Below are positions 46,124 through 55,712 of a stretch of 58,984 nt of DNA, piece after piece. Each line of letters begins with the position of its first letter. Position 1 is the stretch's first letter. Below the pieces are notes generated by a model, which saw nothing but the letters and a program-made list of their open reading frames with translations, ran no database searches and was not told the origin of the DNA. Position numbers and translations under genes: made by a program. This stretch comes from a virus (taxonomy: Duplodnaviria > Caudoviricetes), in IMG/VR virus record IMGVR_UViG_3300045741_000116, positions 1 to 58,984 of that record. One strand, written 5' to 3'.

Positions 46124-48211
46124 TTAGACATTAGCTAACGTTTTGCCGGTCTTGGGAACCGCTTCTAACGCTATACCCTTGAGAACAGTAGTGTTTTCCA
46201 TGGCATCTTGCATAAGTACTGCTACGTCTTCGGCGTCGGCTTCTGGGCATTCCACGATTAAAGAGTCGTGTACCTGAACTACGATCTGCCCGTCTATGCC
46301 CAACTGTTTCATATTGGCGTACAATCGTATGGCAGCACGATTCACTATGGAGGCCCCTGTAGACTGGATTCTATGGTTCACTGCTAGGTTTAGCACGTTC
46401 CTGGCGTCGTAGGGAAGTTCTGCGTGAGTCATGTCCCTAGGTATGTGTTTGGCCTCTGGCATTCTTCTAGGGCGCCCGAACAGGTTGTACACCACGCCGT
46501 TCTTCTTAGCCTGCTTGTGAGAGTCCAACATCATTTCTTTAACGCCTGGGAAGCGTTCAAAATAGTTGTCGATATCTAGCTGAGTGTCTTCCACACTCTT
46601 GCCTGTAGTGGAGGCTAGCTTGGACGCAGTGGCCCCGTAGGTTGATGCCAACGCGATGACTTTCGAAAGGTCTCTAAGCCGTTTATACTTGATGCCAAAA
46701 GCATCTGGGCTACCTTCCTTTTGAGGAGTGCAATCTGTCTTGCCGTATACCTCCATTCCGATAACGCTGTAAAAGTCATCGGTACCGCGAAAAGCCTGTA
46801 GGAGCCTCTCATCGTTAGAGAAATAAGCAAATACCCTCGGTTCCAGCTGAGAATAGTCGGCTCCAACAAACGTACGGCCAGGCCTAGCCTGGATGCAGCC
46901 TTTGATACGTTTATCATCCCTAGGCAGATTCTGAAAGTTTGGATTTCTAGACGAATAGCGTCCACTAGTCGTGCCATGCTGGAGGAAAGACGGGTGAATA
47001 ATGCCATATCTGGTCCTTTCTTGAATGCCTTCTACGTAAGTGTTAAGGATTTTAGTTTTGCGTTGGTATTCTAGGAGTTTCTTAATCCACTCATACCTGG
47101 GGGCTAGTTTGGCTAGGGTGGCTTTGTCGCAGGCTATATAGGACCAAGGAGCTTTCACACGCTTAGCCTTGACCTTCTTGCCGTTAACAATGGCCTCAGG
47201 TTGATAGATCTCGCCGAACATGCGCTCGCAGGTCGCTATGAATTCTCGCTTCGCTGAAAATGTATAGGGAAGCCTGAGCCCTAATGCTTTACAGACTGTC
47301 TTTCCCTCTTTAGTGAGAACGCTGTACTCGAGCATAAGCTTACCGAACAGAAGCCAGGACAGTTGGGAAGAGGACCCGATGTTGAAATGGTTCTTTTTGT
47401 TAGTGCCTGGGTACTTCTCGCTGACGATTGAGGCGATCTCCTGGTGAATAAACGTCTTCGCCTCTAAACACTCGGCTTCTAGCTGCTTCTTGAGCGAGGC
47501 TAGGCCCTTTACATCTACTGCCAGCCCTGTTCGGTTCAGATCGTACGTAGGGCCACGAAGAAGGGGCATAGTCTCTTCCTCGTAGAAGAACTTATCTAGA
47601 TCCTGCTCAAAAAGCTGCGGCACTAGGGTATGGAACAGCTTGAAGGTAAGGAGGGCGTCTTTGGCTCCGTACTTACCCATGAGGTAGGGGTCTGCCTTGT
47701 ACATCTCGTAAGACGCCTTGGTAAGGCTCCCGCCGTTAGCAGCTACGCTGGCCTTCATTTCTTCCTGCTCTTTTTTAGAGGACTCGCCGAAAATACTGGC
47801 CGACAGCTCTTTCAAGCCTACCCGACGATTCTCGTCTAGGAGGTGTGCGAGTACCATGGTGTCGGTGTGGAGGCTAGGCATTAGATCTGTTTTAAAGAAG
47901 GCTTTGGCCATAATACAGTCGAACACGCTGTTGTGCATTATAAGGCTTTTGCCTACCAAACTTTTAATGAGTTTCTTGGAAGCCTCAAGCGTGGAGTAAT
48001 AAACTAGCCTAGAATTAACCTTGTCCCATGATGCTAGGATAATATAATAAGCCAAACCCTCTTCAGCGCATATGGAGTAGCCTATGACTTCGTCCTGCTC
48101 AGTAAGGCCTGTCGTCTCACAGTCGTAAGCGATGAATTCCTTATCCTGTAAGTACTGGGCGAGCTCCTCTACTGCGGAGTCATTATCCAGCACGATTAGT
48201 TGTGGCTCCAC
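46124..48211 (-). CDS. polA: Family A DNA polymerase with 3'-5' exonuclease
   Basis: DCETTG, HNSVFD, TTSGRYSSRNPNFQN, ADYSQLEPR, KVIALASTYG, QVHDS. Confidence 0.95.
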   Translation of the reverse strand: MEPQLIVLDNDSAVEELAQYLQDKEFIAYDCETTGLTEQDEVIGYSICAEEGLAYYIILASWDKVNSRLVYYSTLEASKKLIKSLVGKSLIMHNSVFDCIMAKAFFKTDLMPSLHTDTMVLAHLLDENRRVGLKELSASIFGESSKKEQEEMKASVAANGGSLTKASYEMYKADPYLMGKYGAKDALLTFKLFHTLVPQLFEQDLDKFFYEEETMPLLRGPTYDLNRTGLAVDVKGLASLKKQLEAECLEAKTFIHQEIASIVSEKYPGTNKKNHFNIGSSSQLSWLLFGKLMLEYSVLTKEGKTVCKALGLRLPYTFSAKREFIATCERMFGEIYQPEAIVNGKKVKAKRVKAPWSYIACDKATLAKLAPRYEWIKKLLEYQRKTKILNTYVEGIQERTRYGIIHPSFLQHGTTSGRYSSRNPNFQNLPRDDKRIKGCIQARPGRTFVGADYSQLEPRVFAYFSNDERLLQAFRGTDDFYSVIGMEVYGKTDCTPQKEGSPDAFGIKYKRLRDLSKVIALASTYGATASKLASTTGKSVEDTQLDIDNYFERFPGVKEMMLDSHKQAKKNGVVYNLFGRPRRMPEAKHIPRDMTHAELPYDARNVLNLAVNHRIQSTGASIVNRAAIRLYANMKQLGIDGQIVVQVHDSLIVECPEADAEDVAVLMQDAMENTTVLKGIALEAVPKTGKTLANV

Positions 48212-50030
48212 TTGTGTCCCCTTTATACGGAACGGACTTATAGGCTACCAGGTCCGTCTTACGGTCCAGTTTACGCAGGTTAGTCGCCTTGGGCAAGAAG
48301 AACTTAAATGCTGTCTCTTCCTCTTGAGTCATGTCTCGCATTCGCTCAGTTTCTGAATCAAAATACATGTAGTATGGCACGTCTTCTTGGATAACGTCTC
48401 GTTTTGGCTTCTTGTGACGGATCTTACAGTACTTGAAAGCGGTTACCGCCGGGCAGCCATGTTCCATTTGTGTACGTTTCAAAGGCTGCCAGATCGTTAT
48501 GAGGTAGTCACAGTACCATTCAAATGACGAGGTGCCGTAGGCGGCGTCTTTGTTAAGCTCCAGATCGCCGATGCCTGCTTTCTCTCGGCTTGTCTGGCTC
48601 TGCATTACCAGGAGGGTATTTGTCTGTACGGCAAAAGCTTTCATGGCATGACAAATTGCCATAAGGTCTTGGTTCTCGTCGTTACTGCCTTTTTTCTTCA
48701 ACGCTCCAATATGGTCAATTACAACGCAGCCGACCTTCTTGCCTGTAACGGCTTGAAATTTCTCAATATATTCCTTAATCTCGTCAAACGAAAGGTGTCT
48801 GAAAGTACCGTCTTCGTCATAGTTACTGATAATATGGACTTTGTCGTGCAGGCTAGTGTCCTCGCCGCACATGCTTTTCCAGCGGTCCGCTATCTCGTTA
48901 GCCGGCTGCTCAAGGGGAATAAAGAAGTGTACATAGTCTGGGTTGGTCTGTACGAACCACTGGAACATGTTCAGAGTAAACGCGGTCTTACCGACTCCAG
49001 AGCCGGCCACCAAGCCGATTACCTGGCCAAGGCGGAACCCATGGGCGGTATTGTCGATGCGGGGGTGGCAGCGAAACGGCGTGCCTTTAAGCGTATCCCC
49101 ACTGCGCTGCAGGATGTCTTTAACACTCATGGACAGCTCAAGCTTTTCCTTATCTTCAGAAAGCTCAAACGTCCAGATCTTGTCCACAATGTTGGTAGCG
49201 TAGCTTACCCGATGGATCGGGGCCCGCTGTAGGGCCTTGGCGCTGTTTACCAGGACACTGGAGGCTTCGGCTGCTGTGAAGCCGTTAGCGAACATGAGGT
49301 GCGCCAGGCGATAGTCCGCCTTGCTACGGTCTTCGTGAGGGTTAGACCAGAGCTCCTTGGCTTCTGGATTGTCCTTCAAGAGCTTACCAAACTTGGGCGG
49401 AATAGTGTCGTCTATGTCCGTCGGCTGGTTAATACCATAGGTTTTGTTGTAGTGCTGCTCGCAGTAAATCTCGTCAGCTTTAGTAATAGGGGGAAGGAGT
49501 TTATCTAACTGCTCCGAGGTGTACACTTGGTCAGTTTCAGCAATGAGTTCGCAAGGGACTGAGGCGTTCTGATGCTTAGTGTTAATACTGCCTGGCGCGC
49601 GCATAAGTTGAAACAGTTGCCCAACAGCTTCGTCAGTGTCGTACAGTCGCATAAGTCGACGTTGAAATCGAAGGTAACTTTTAGCATCTAGGTCAGAAAT
49701 TTGCCAATAGACGTGGATACCATTGCCGGAGTCTACGATCTTGGTAGGGGTTATGCCAATTTGGACTATTTTGTCTAAAAAAGTATCTTTAGTGTATACG
49801 CCGTCTTTTACGTCAGCATCCACAAAAACAAAATTAAAAGTATCAACATGAGAGCCATCTATTGTTACTCCCTTTTTATATTCGCTGGGGTAATTGGGTA
49901 AATAATAAATGTTGTAGCCTTGGGCATTGTATCGCTTGATTTCTTTGTCTGAAAACGCGCCTTCTAGCACTTTAGGCATAGAGGCGGAAGGAGTAATCCA
50001 ATTAGGCAGTATAAGCCTGTACAAAGTCAT
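48183..50030 (-). CDS. Primase-helicase fusion (RepB-like primase plus DnaB/RecA-fold helicase)
   Basis: FVDAD, DSGNGIHVYW, MRAPGSIN (primase); AGSGVGKT, VIDH, QSQ (helicase); start corrected to ATG 50030 with GGAGG RBS. Confidence 0.88.
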   Translation of the reverse strand: MTLYRLILPNWITPSASMPKVLEGAFSDKEIKRYNAQGYNIYYLPNYPSEYKKGVTIDGSHVDTFNFVFVDADVKDGVYTKDTFLDKIVQIGITPTKIVDSGNGIHVYWQISDLDAKSYLRFQRRLMRLYDTDEAVGQLFQLMRAPGSINTKHQNASVPCELIAETDQVYTSEQLDKLLPPITKADEIYCEQHYNKTYGINQPTDIDDTIPPKFGKLLKDNPEAKELWSNPHEDRSKADYRLAHLMFANGFTAAEASSVLVNSAKALQRAPIHRVSYATNIVDKIWTFELSEDKEKLELSMSVKDILQRSGDTLKGTPFRCHPRIDNTAHGFRLGQVIGLVAGSGVGKTAFTLNMFQWFVQTNPDYVHFFIPLEQPANEIADRWKSMCGEDTSLHDKVHIISNYDEDGTFRHLSFDEIKEYIEKFQAVTGKKVGCVVIDHIGALKKKGSNDENQDLMAICHAMKAFAVQTNTLLVMQSQTSREKAGIGDLELNKDAAYGTSSFEWYCDYLITIWQPLKRTQMEHGCPAVTAFKYCKIRHKKPKRDVIQEDVPYYMYFDSETERMRDMTQEEETAFKFFLPKATNLRKLDRKTDLVAYKSVPYKGDTSGATTNRAG

Positions 50031-50046
50031 ATTCCCTCCAAAAAAA

Positions 50047-50146
50047 GCAGGCGGGCCAGATTCGAACTGGCACCTCGGCATTTGATGCCTACTACGGTCC
50101 TAAGACCGTCTCGGACTTCCGCACTCTACCGTTGAGCTACCGCCTA
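50047..50146 (-). ncRNA. tRNA-like RNA with atypical expanded anticodon region
   Basis: Acceptor TAGGCGG/CCGCCTG, D arm TAGCTCAACGGTAGAGT, T arm GCCAG-TTCGAAT-CTGGC; three hairpins between; no CCA. Confidence 0.7.
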
Positions 50147-50151
50147 AAGCA

Positions 50152-50697
50152 TTATCCTTTAGCGTTCTTACCTTTATTCAACAGGGCTTCCATACGCTTC
50201 TTGCGTTCCAGGTTAGCCAAAGCAGCTGCCTGCACTCCGTCCTCAGACTCTTCGTCCTCGTCGTCTGTAGGAGCTTCGTAACCGCCAGCAGTACCTTCGT
50301 CGTCTGTAAGGTCAGCGCCTTCATACTCAGTCCCTGAAGTAGAAGCGGTGTTTACCTCGATAGTGTTGTCTTCGTCGACTTCAACTTTATACTTATACAT
50401 GTCGCCGTTTGGTGTGCTTTGCATACGGTCGAAAGTGGCTCGAACCATAGTGCCAGCAGTGACTGCTTTCATTTTGTTGTCGAGATCAGTTTTACCCCAT
50501 ACGCCAACGTTGCCTTTAGCAGTTTGGAAAATGTAGATAAAAGAGGTTCCGCTCTTTTTCTTCTTGTCCGCTACCTGCTTGGCACCGATGTAGTACCCTT
50601 CGATAGACTTAGGGTTAGCTTTCCCTGTCTTCTTGTTAGAACCCCCGAGCGAAATCACTGTGTCCGCGCTGAGGTCTGCTACTTCTTTAAAACCCAT
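50152..50697 (-). CDS. Single-stranded DNA-binding protein
   Basis: OB-fold-like N-terminus with acidic tail; next to primase/polymerase. Confidence 0.7.
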   Translation of the reverse strand: MGFKEVADLSADTVISLGGSNKKTGKANPKSIEGYYIGAKQVADKKKKSGTSFIYIFQTAKGNVGVWGKTDLDNKMKAVTAGTMVRATFDRMQSTPNGDMYKYKVEVDEDNTIEVNTASTSGTEYEGADLTDDEGTAGGYEAPTDDEDEESEDGVQAAALANLERKKRMEALLNKGKNAKG

Positions 50698-50725
50698 GTT
50701 ACTTCTCCTTTGTTATTGGTTTGGG

Positions 50726-51091
50726 TTATCTTTTATACTTTACGTCTGGTTTAATGAAAACACGGTTCTGAAGCCATTCTTCTGCCGGCACATCATCAAA
50801 GTACGCCAACGGCTTAGAAATTACAAGGTCGATATGGCGATCAAGCTCTAAGAACCTAGCAACGGTCGCCGCCCATTGGTAGCCGCCTCGGCTCCAAAGA
50901 ATGATATAGGCGCCTCTAGATTTTTCCTCTTTAAGAAGCCTTACCATAGATTGGTTAATCCCTACGTGGATAGTGCGCCCTGGCTCAATAGGGTCTGGAA
51001 TAAAAGCTCGCATTTGGCTGTCTTTAGGATCGCAAATCAAGGTACCGTCTACGTCAAAAGGCTTAATGTTTTCGCTCTTAATAATAATCAT
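50726..51091 (-). CDS. HAD-family phosphatase (PNK 3'-phosphatase-like)
   Basis: FDVDGTL, ILWSRGG, KP..YFDD motifs. Confidence 0.75.
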   Translation of the reverse strand: MIIIKSENIKPFDVDGTLICDPKDSQMRAFIPDPIEPGRTIHVGINQSMVRLLKEEKSRGAYIILWSRGGYQWAATVARFLELDRHIDLVISKPLAYFDDVPAEEWLQNRVFIKPDVKYKR

Positions 51092-51294
51092 TGTACTGTC
51101 CTTTTATTCTTAGTAATAAAATTCGCCATATCCAGAGTTGCGTTTAGTTCATCATGGATCTTGACGAAATGCAAGAGCTTGTTCATCGTTTCGTCAGAGA
51201 CTATCCCGTCTCCGGCTACGTCCTCGCGGACTTGGTTAGCCAAGTCCACAGCCGACTGAATCAAATCTAAGAGTTTGTAGTTAAGGTCTGTCAT
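51088..51294 (-). CDS. Hypothetical protein
   Basis: Start corrected to ATG 51294. Confidence 0.55.
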   Translation of the reverse strand: MTDLNYKLLDLIQSAVDLANQVREDVAGDGIVSDETMNKLLHFVKIHDELNATLDMANFITKNKRTVQ

Positions 51295-51704
51295 ACTACT
51301 TTTCCTTCCGTAGCTAGATAGCTCATAGCTACGTGTAATATTTTCCAATTATTTTCTAAAACGCCAAGCATCATATTACATTTTTCACAAGTAAGTCCTC
51401 GAACATTGCCCGTTTTATGATTGTGCTCGACTACAAGAGGTTTTTCAAGATTACAAATTTTACACTTAGCATTCTGTTCTGCATGCATTCTTTCTCTGTC
51501 ATCAATAGTTATGCCGTACCTTTGTTTTAGAAGTGAGTTATTTCGGGCCCTAATTCCTTCTGGTTTATTTCTAGCTTTTGCGGAAGACTCTGCACATTTT
51601 CTCTTATACTCAGGATTTGTTTTTCTAAGCCACGAGTTGTAGCAAACAATACACATTCCTCGAGCCCCGTAGCGCTTTTCTGGGTGACAACTACTCTTTT
51701 TCAT
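51291..51704 (-). CDS. Endonuclease VII-family (HNH-type) nuclease
   Basis: RYGIT, CKIC, VVEHNHKTGNVRGLTCEKCN. Confidence 0.85.
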   Translation of the reverse strand: MKKSSCHPEKRYGARGMCIVCYNSWLRKTNPEYKRKCAESSAKARNKPEGIRARNNSLLKQRYGITIDDRERMHAEQNAKCKICNLEKPLVVEHNHKTGNVRGLTCEKCNMMLGVLENNWKILHVAMSYLATEGKVV

Positions 51705-52029
51705 TTTTAACTCTATTTGGGCTGCGGTTATCTATTAAAGTGCCTAGTTCGGCAGATCTAATTATCATTGAAGTGCAGGCTCGAATAGAGCCTAAATGAG
51801 GCTGCCCATCTACTGGGTCATTCTCTTCTCCATTAAGGTATGCGTAAGCATGTCTAAGTAAAGCGCTCATGATTCTGGTAACTTCCATACCGTTTTCATA
51901 ATTATACCGTCCGTATTTGCGTTCTCCTACCATTAGGGCTTGAGCCTCTGCTATCATAGCGGAATAGGGAATAAGACTAAGATCTGCCTTGCCTTGGTCG
52001 TGCTTTACTCCTGTTTTAGAGTTTTCCAT
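51691..52029 (-). CDS. dATP/dGTP diphosphohydrolase-domain protein (DUF5664-like)
   Basis: KHDQGK.DLSLIP, GERKYGRYNY..G, ALLRH, DPVDGQPHL. Confidence 0.8.
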   Translation of the reverse strand: MENSKTGVKHDQGKADLSLIPYSAMIAEAQALMVGERKYGRYNYENGMEVTRIMSALLRHAYAYLNGEENDPVDGQPHLGSIRACTSMIIRSAELGTLIDNRSPNRVKNEKE

Positions 52030-52717
52030 TCCACCGTCCGCCTTTCTTGAGGACCATTGGTACCAACTGGGGGATGCCGTTTACAATTACCAGTATGGAC
52101 ACAATTGGTCGTTTTGGGTTTACTTTGTTATATCCTAAGGCAAGTGATTTGTCATCAGCTAAACAGCCGGTATGCGCGTCAAACATCAGTTTTTCTGGGG
52201 TTGAAATGTACGTGATTTGAGCCTTCTCGTGGAAATGCCCTTGGACCGTGCTCATACCGTACTGTGAGGCTAGGCGTCCTGCTGTACCTGTTTTACCGTG
52301 GCAGAAGTAAACTGGGCCTAACGGAGTGTTAACAATAGCGTCAAATACCCAGGTCCAGCCCTTGGGGGCGTCCAATACGTCGTTGTAGGGGCGGATAGCC
52401 TTGCGTGGGATTTTACCCACGATGGCTTTTCTAAGCACCATAGAGCCGTGGTTAGACTCAACTACAGTGACTTTGGGGAATAACTTATAGATAGGTATAA
52501 GTCCTTTAATCGCCTTCTGAAGCTCTACACCTGCGCTGTCGAGATCTGGGTCGCTGTCATGGAAGGAGGAGTCATGGAAGTCGGCCTCGTCACCAATACA
52601 AATAACTGTGTCTGGCTTATACTTAGCCTTAACTGCTTTGAGAAAAGGCACTGTGTCTGGGTGCGCGTAAGGATGGTGCATATCGCTTAACACCAGGATG
52701 CTCTTAGCTTTTTTCAT
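52016..52717 (-). CDS. Calcineurin-like metallophosphoesterase
   Basis: SDMH, GDEAD, SNH, CHG, GHFH motifs. Confidence 0.88.
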   Translation of the reverse strand: MKKAKSILVLSDMHHPYAHPDTVPFLKAVKAKYKPDTVICIGDEADFHDSSFHDSDPDLDSAGVELQKAIKGLIPIYKLFPKVTVVESNHGSMVLRKAIVGKIPRKAIRPYNDVLDAPKGWTWVFDAIVNTPLGPVYFCHGKTGTAGRLASQYGMSTVQGHFHEKAQITYISTPEKLMFDAHTGCLADDKSLALGYNKVNPKRPIVSILVIVNGIPQLVPMVLKKGGRWNGKL

Positions 52718-52989
52718 TTTCCTCCCTCAGGTAAATCGTACTTTAATAAATACTCAAGAACTTCTTTCGTTGTTTCAATAGTTTGGCGGCCTACACGGAA
52801 CTTATTACAACGGTAACACAGCAGGCCGCGTATCTTGTTGGTCTTATGATTGTGATCGACGCTTAGGCTTTTCTTGAAAGCCTCCCTAGGTTTTTGGCAT
52901 ATAGCACATTTATTCCCGTGCTCTTGAATAAGCTTGTTACGAATCTCAGTAATCTGCTTGGTTGTGTAGAGTTTGCTGAGTTTAGCCAC
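52714..52989 (-). CDS. Endonuclease VII (candidate Holliday junction resolvase)
   Basis: CAIC, VDHNHKTNKIRGLLCYRCN; directly after Rad50-like gene. Confidence 0.85.
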   Translation of the reverse strand: MAKLSKLYTTKQITEIRNKLIQEHGNKCAICQKPREAFKKSLSVDHNHKTNKIRGLLCYRCNKFRVGRQTIETTKEVLEYLLKYDLPEGGK

Positions 52990-54544
52990 GCAACACACTC
53001 TTTCCGTTTACCAACTCTACCTCAATCTGATTCGAAAATAAAGCTTTCAATTCTGTGCTATGCTCTACGCAAAAGACACTTTCATAAGAAGTCGAAAGCG
53101 CTTCAAGTAGCGAGTATGCTTTTACCTTAAATCTGTCGTCAAGTCCGTCCAATGCTTCGTCGAGAAACACAGCGTTAAACGTCACGCCATGGTGATTCTT
53201 TACCGCCTGCATTACGGCTAGGCCAAAAGACAGCTTAAGTAATTGACGCTGGCCTTTACTTAACTGCGTGTAAACGCACTCGTTTCCGTCTTTGTGAATA
53301 AGAGTTTCGATCTTATCGGCGTCGGCAATTGATAGCTCTACTCGAATCTCTGCGTCAAAATACTTTGCCAGGTATTCATTTGTAGTATTTTGTAGTTCCT
53401 GGATAGTTCTAGTAATTAGTGCGCCTCGGAAGTCCTGGATTACGTCCAGAAGGATCTGCACTTCTTGCTTTTCCCCGGCTACTTGAGTCTTTAGTTTGTC
53501 AAAAGCTTTTGCCTCAAGCTTGGTTTTCTGTACTTCTTCCCGCAACTCGTCAACTTCTGCATCATACGGATTTTCTTCAGTAATAGCTTCCTCGACCTGT
53601 TGAGTATAGTGGTTGGTCCTTTGCTGAGCCCTTTCAAACTGAGCTAAATACCGGTTAGTATCAGAAAATCGCGCACTTATATGTTCCCTAAGAATTTTAC
53701 GTTTTTTTGAAGGATCTTTAAGCGGTTCACCGCAAGAGCCGCATTTAGGATTTTCCATTTCGGCCTGCATTGCAGCAATGTCTTTTTCGCGCTCCGCTTC
53801 AAACTCCTCGGCGTACTTACGAAGCTGGTCTAGTTCGGCTTGGAGTTCTTTATCAAAGTTACGAGCCTTAGATTGGAGCCCTTCAATGCGCAGACCTCTC
53901 TGCGCTTGCCACGCAGTTTGCTGTCCTATTACTCTAGTGCAGGACGAGGTAAGTACGCGAAGGGCTGCGGCTGCTTGGTCTAGGGAAGAAGCGAGTGTAA
54001 CTTCCTTTTGTTTCAATTCCTTTTCTTTGGCACTTAAACTGAGTTTAAGCCGTTCTGGTAGGGCCAGGTCTACTATCTGCTCACAGATCTCCCTACGCGC
54101 TTTGGCAGTAGCAGTAAAGAAAGCCGCCGTTCTTGAAAATTCATGAAAGTAAGCTCCTGACAGGTAGAGGTCGGCGTCTATACCTAACTTGGCGTTTATG
54201 AGCTTCTGGGTGTCATTTAGGTCTTTACCTCGTAGAAGAGCGTTTTCACCGTAGCCAAAGAATAGATCATTTGGGTTACGGGCCCTAGTAACAATGAAAA
54301 ACTCACCGTTAAGGCTAAGGACGACTGAGCCAAAGGTCTGCTCTTTTGAGCCCCAAGACACTACTTCGTCAACTTTACCGCCTTTAGCGGTAATGCCGAA
54401 CAGTACCCACGGTACAATATCGCAGAGAGTAGACTTACCTGAGCCTGTGGCACCTTGGATAAGGGTCAGGCCTTGGTTAGAAAAGTTAAACGACAAATCT
54501 CCATAACTACTGAAGTTTTTGACTTCTGCTTTAATTACTCGCAC
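52982..54544 (-). CDS. Rad50/SbcC/T4 gp46-like recombination ATPase
   Basis: KNFSSY, GATGSGKST, CGSC hook, LSKGQ signature, FLDE. Confidence 0.9.
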   Translation of the reverse strand: MRVIKAEVKNFSSYGDLSFNFSNQGLTLIQGATGSGKSTLCDIVPWVLFGITAKGGKVDEVVSWGSKEQTFGSVVLSLNGEFFIVTRARNPNDLFFGYGENALLRGKDLNDTQKLINAKLGIDADLYLSGAYFHEFSRTAAFFTATAKARREICEQIVDLALPERLKLSLSAKEKELKQKEVTLASSLDQAAAALRVLTSSCTRVIGQQTAWQAQRGLRIEGLQSKARNFDKELQAELDQLRKYAEEFEAEREKDIAAMQAEMENPKCGSCGEPLKDPSKKRKILREHISARFSDTNRYLAQFERAQQRTNHYTQQVEEAITEENPYDAEVDELREEVQKTKLEAKAFDKLKTQVAGEKQEVQILLDVIQDFRGALITRTIQELQNTTNEYLAKYFDAEIRVELSIADADKIETLIHKDGNECVYTQLSKGQRQLLKLSFGLAVMQAVKNHHGVTFNAVFLDEALDGLDDRFKVKAYSLLEALSTSYESVFCVEHSTELKALFSNQIEVELVNGKSVLRG

Positions 54545-55577
54545 AAGCCCTCCACAACGCCTTGAGGCGTTCTTTAGTAGCATCGCCGGTATTCGTCATG
54601 GAGTCAATCATATTGTCCAGTAGAGCAGATTGAGACATTGTGTCTGCTTTTGAAGGCACTTGGGTTTCTTGGTCTAGGGGTATATAGTCAACTTTTACTG
54701 AAGCGGCCTCTAGGCCTTCTATGAGCTTTTCTTTAGGAAAGCTGGATAGCTGCTCTTTAGTGCCTCGAAACTTTATCCACACCAGGTCTTCTGGGTTATG
54801 TTTGGAGCCGGTTTTTGGCTCTCCAAAAGCAATGTCATAAATGATGTGTTTTCGCATACTTGTAGGAATAAACTCCAAAGAACCGTCATTTTTTAGTACT
54901 TGGAAGCCCTTCTCTGGGTCGTTAGCCTCTCCGAAGCCTAGAGTATAGGGATTACCAATGTAGGATACTAGTCCACCATCTGGACACACAATATCTTGCC
55001 TAGGATGATAGTGACCACTTATTACTCGGTAGCCTGCGAATGTCTCTTTAGGTACTGCGCTCTTGTCTATAATGTAATCTCCCATAGCCGACCCCTGAAC
55101 ACCCTGGTGCATGATGATCATAGGTTTCGTAAGTACGTGTTCGTACTCTAAGAGTACTTCCTGCGCTTCCCCTTCTATATCCTGTAGGTACTTTAAAATC
55201 ACTGTAGGGTCCGCCTGATAGGGTATTAGGTCAACAGCTACTCCACAGAGGTGTCCGGTTTGTATAGTTTCAATGATTGTCGCATAGGGCTTAAGAAAGT
55301 TAAGTGCGTGCTCTTTACCCTTCTCGTTTATCAGGTCGTGGTTTCCTACTAGGATGATGGTCTCAGGTGCGTCTTTAACAGAAAGTAGCTCGATGAGTCG
55401 ATTAGCTACCTCGGCTCGGATGATTGCTTTTGTGTCTAAAAGATCCCCAGCTATTACTAGGGGGACTTTCAGCATTACCGCTTTAAACTGAGCTTTACGA
55501 AGAGCTAAGGATGCTAGCTCTATGGTATGTACGTTAAAGTGTACGTCTGAAATCAAAACTGCTATCGGTTCGCTCAT
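54531..55577 (-). CDS. Mre11/SbcD/T4 gp47-like nuclease
   Basis: SDVH, AGDLLD, GNHD, HQ, SGHYH motifs. Confidence 0.9.
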   Translation of the reverse strand: MSEPIAVLISDVHFNVHTIELASLALRKAQFKAVMLKVPLVIAGDLLDTKAIIRAEVANRLIELLSVKDAPETIILVGNHDLINEKGKEHALNFLKPYATIIETIQTGHLCGVAVDLIPYQADPTVILKYLQDIEGEAQEVLLEYEHVLTKPMIIMHQGVQGSAMGDYIIDKSAVPKETFAGYRVISGHYHPRQDIVCPDGGLVSYIGNPYTLGFGEANDPEKGFQVLKNDGSLEFIPTSMRKHIIYDIAFGEPKTGSKHNPEDLVWIKFRGTKEQLSSFPKEKLIEGLEAASVKVDYIPLDQETQVPSKADTMSQSALLDNMIDSMTNTGDATKERLKALWRACASN

Positions 55578-55633
55578 ATCCCCTCCAGGATTTAAAAGCT
55601 CCTCCACCTTTAACTACGGCTTCTCTTACCTAG

Positions 55634-55700
55634 GAACCGTCAGGACTCTAACCTGAAACTCTGGGTCACGCCAGCGTTATACCCTTGTACTTCGGGTGGG
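55634..55700 (-). pseudogene. Degenerate tRNA-like element
   Basis: T-arm TCAGG-TTAGAGT-CCTGA, stem CTGG/CCAG, D-like AGTACAAGGGTAT; acceptor stem largely unpaired. Confidence 0.35.
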
Positions 55701-55712
55701 GAGCTAAATTAA

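Noticed and set aside
46124-48211. Intein or intron in PolA (also checked TerL, helicases, RecA)
   Set aside because: Lengths normal, motifs contiguous, no intein splice motifs seen
50031-50081. N-terminal extension of primase-helicase in ORF track
   Set aside because: Overlaps the tRNA-like element; GGAGG RBS supports ATG 50030
51691-52029. Z-base (2-aminoadenine) or other modified-genome pathway
   Set aside because: Diphosphohydrolase-like gene present, but no PurZ or other base-modification enzyme recognised
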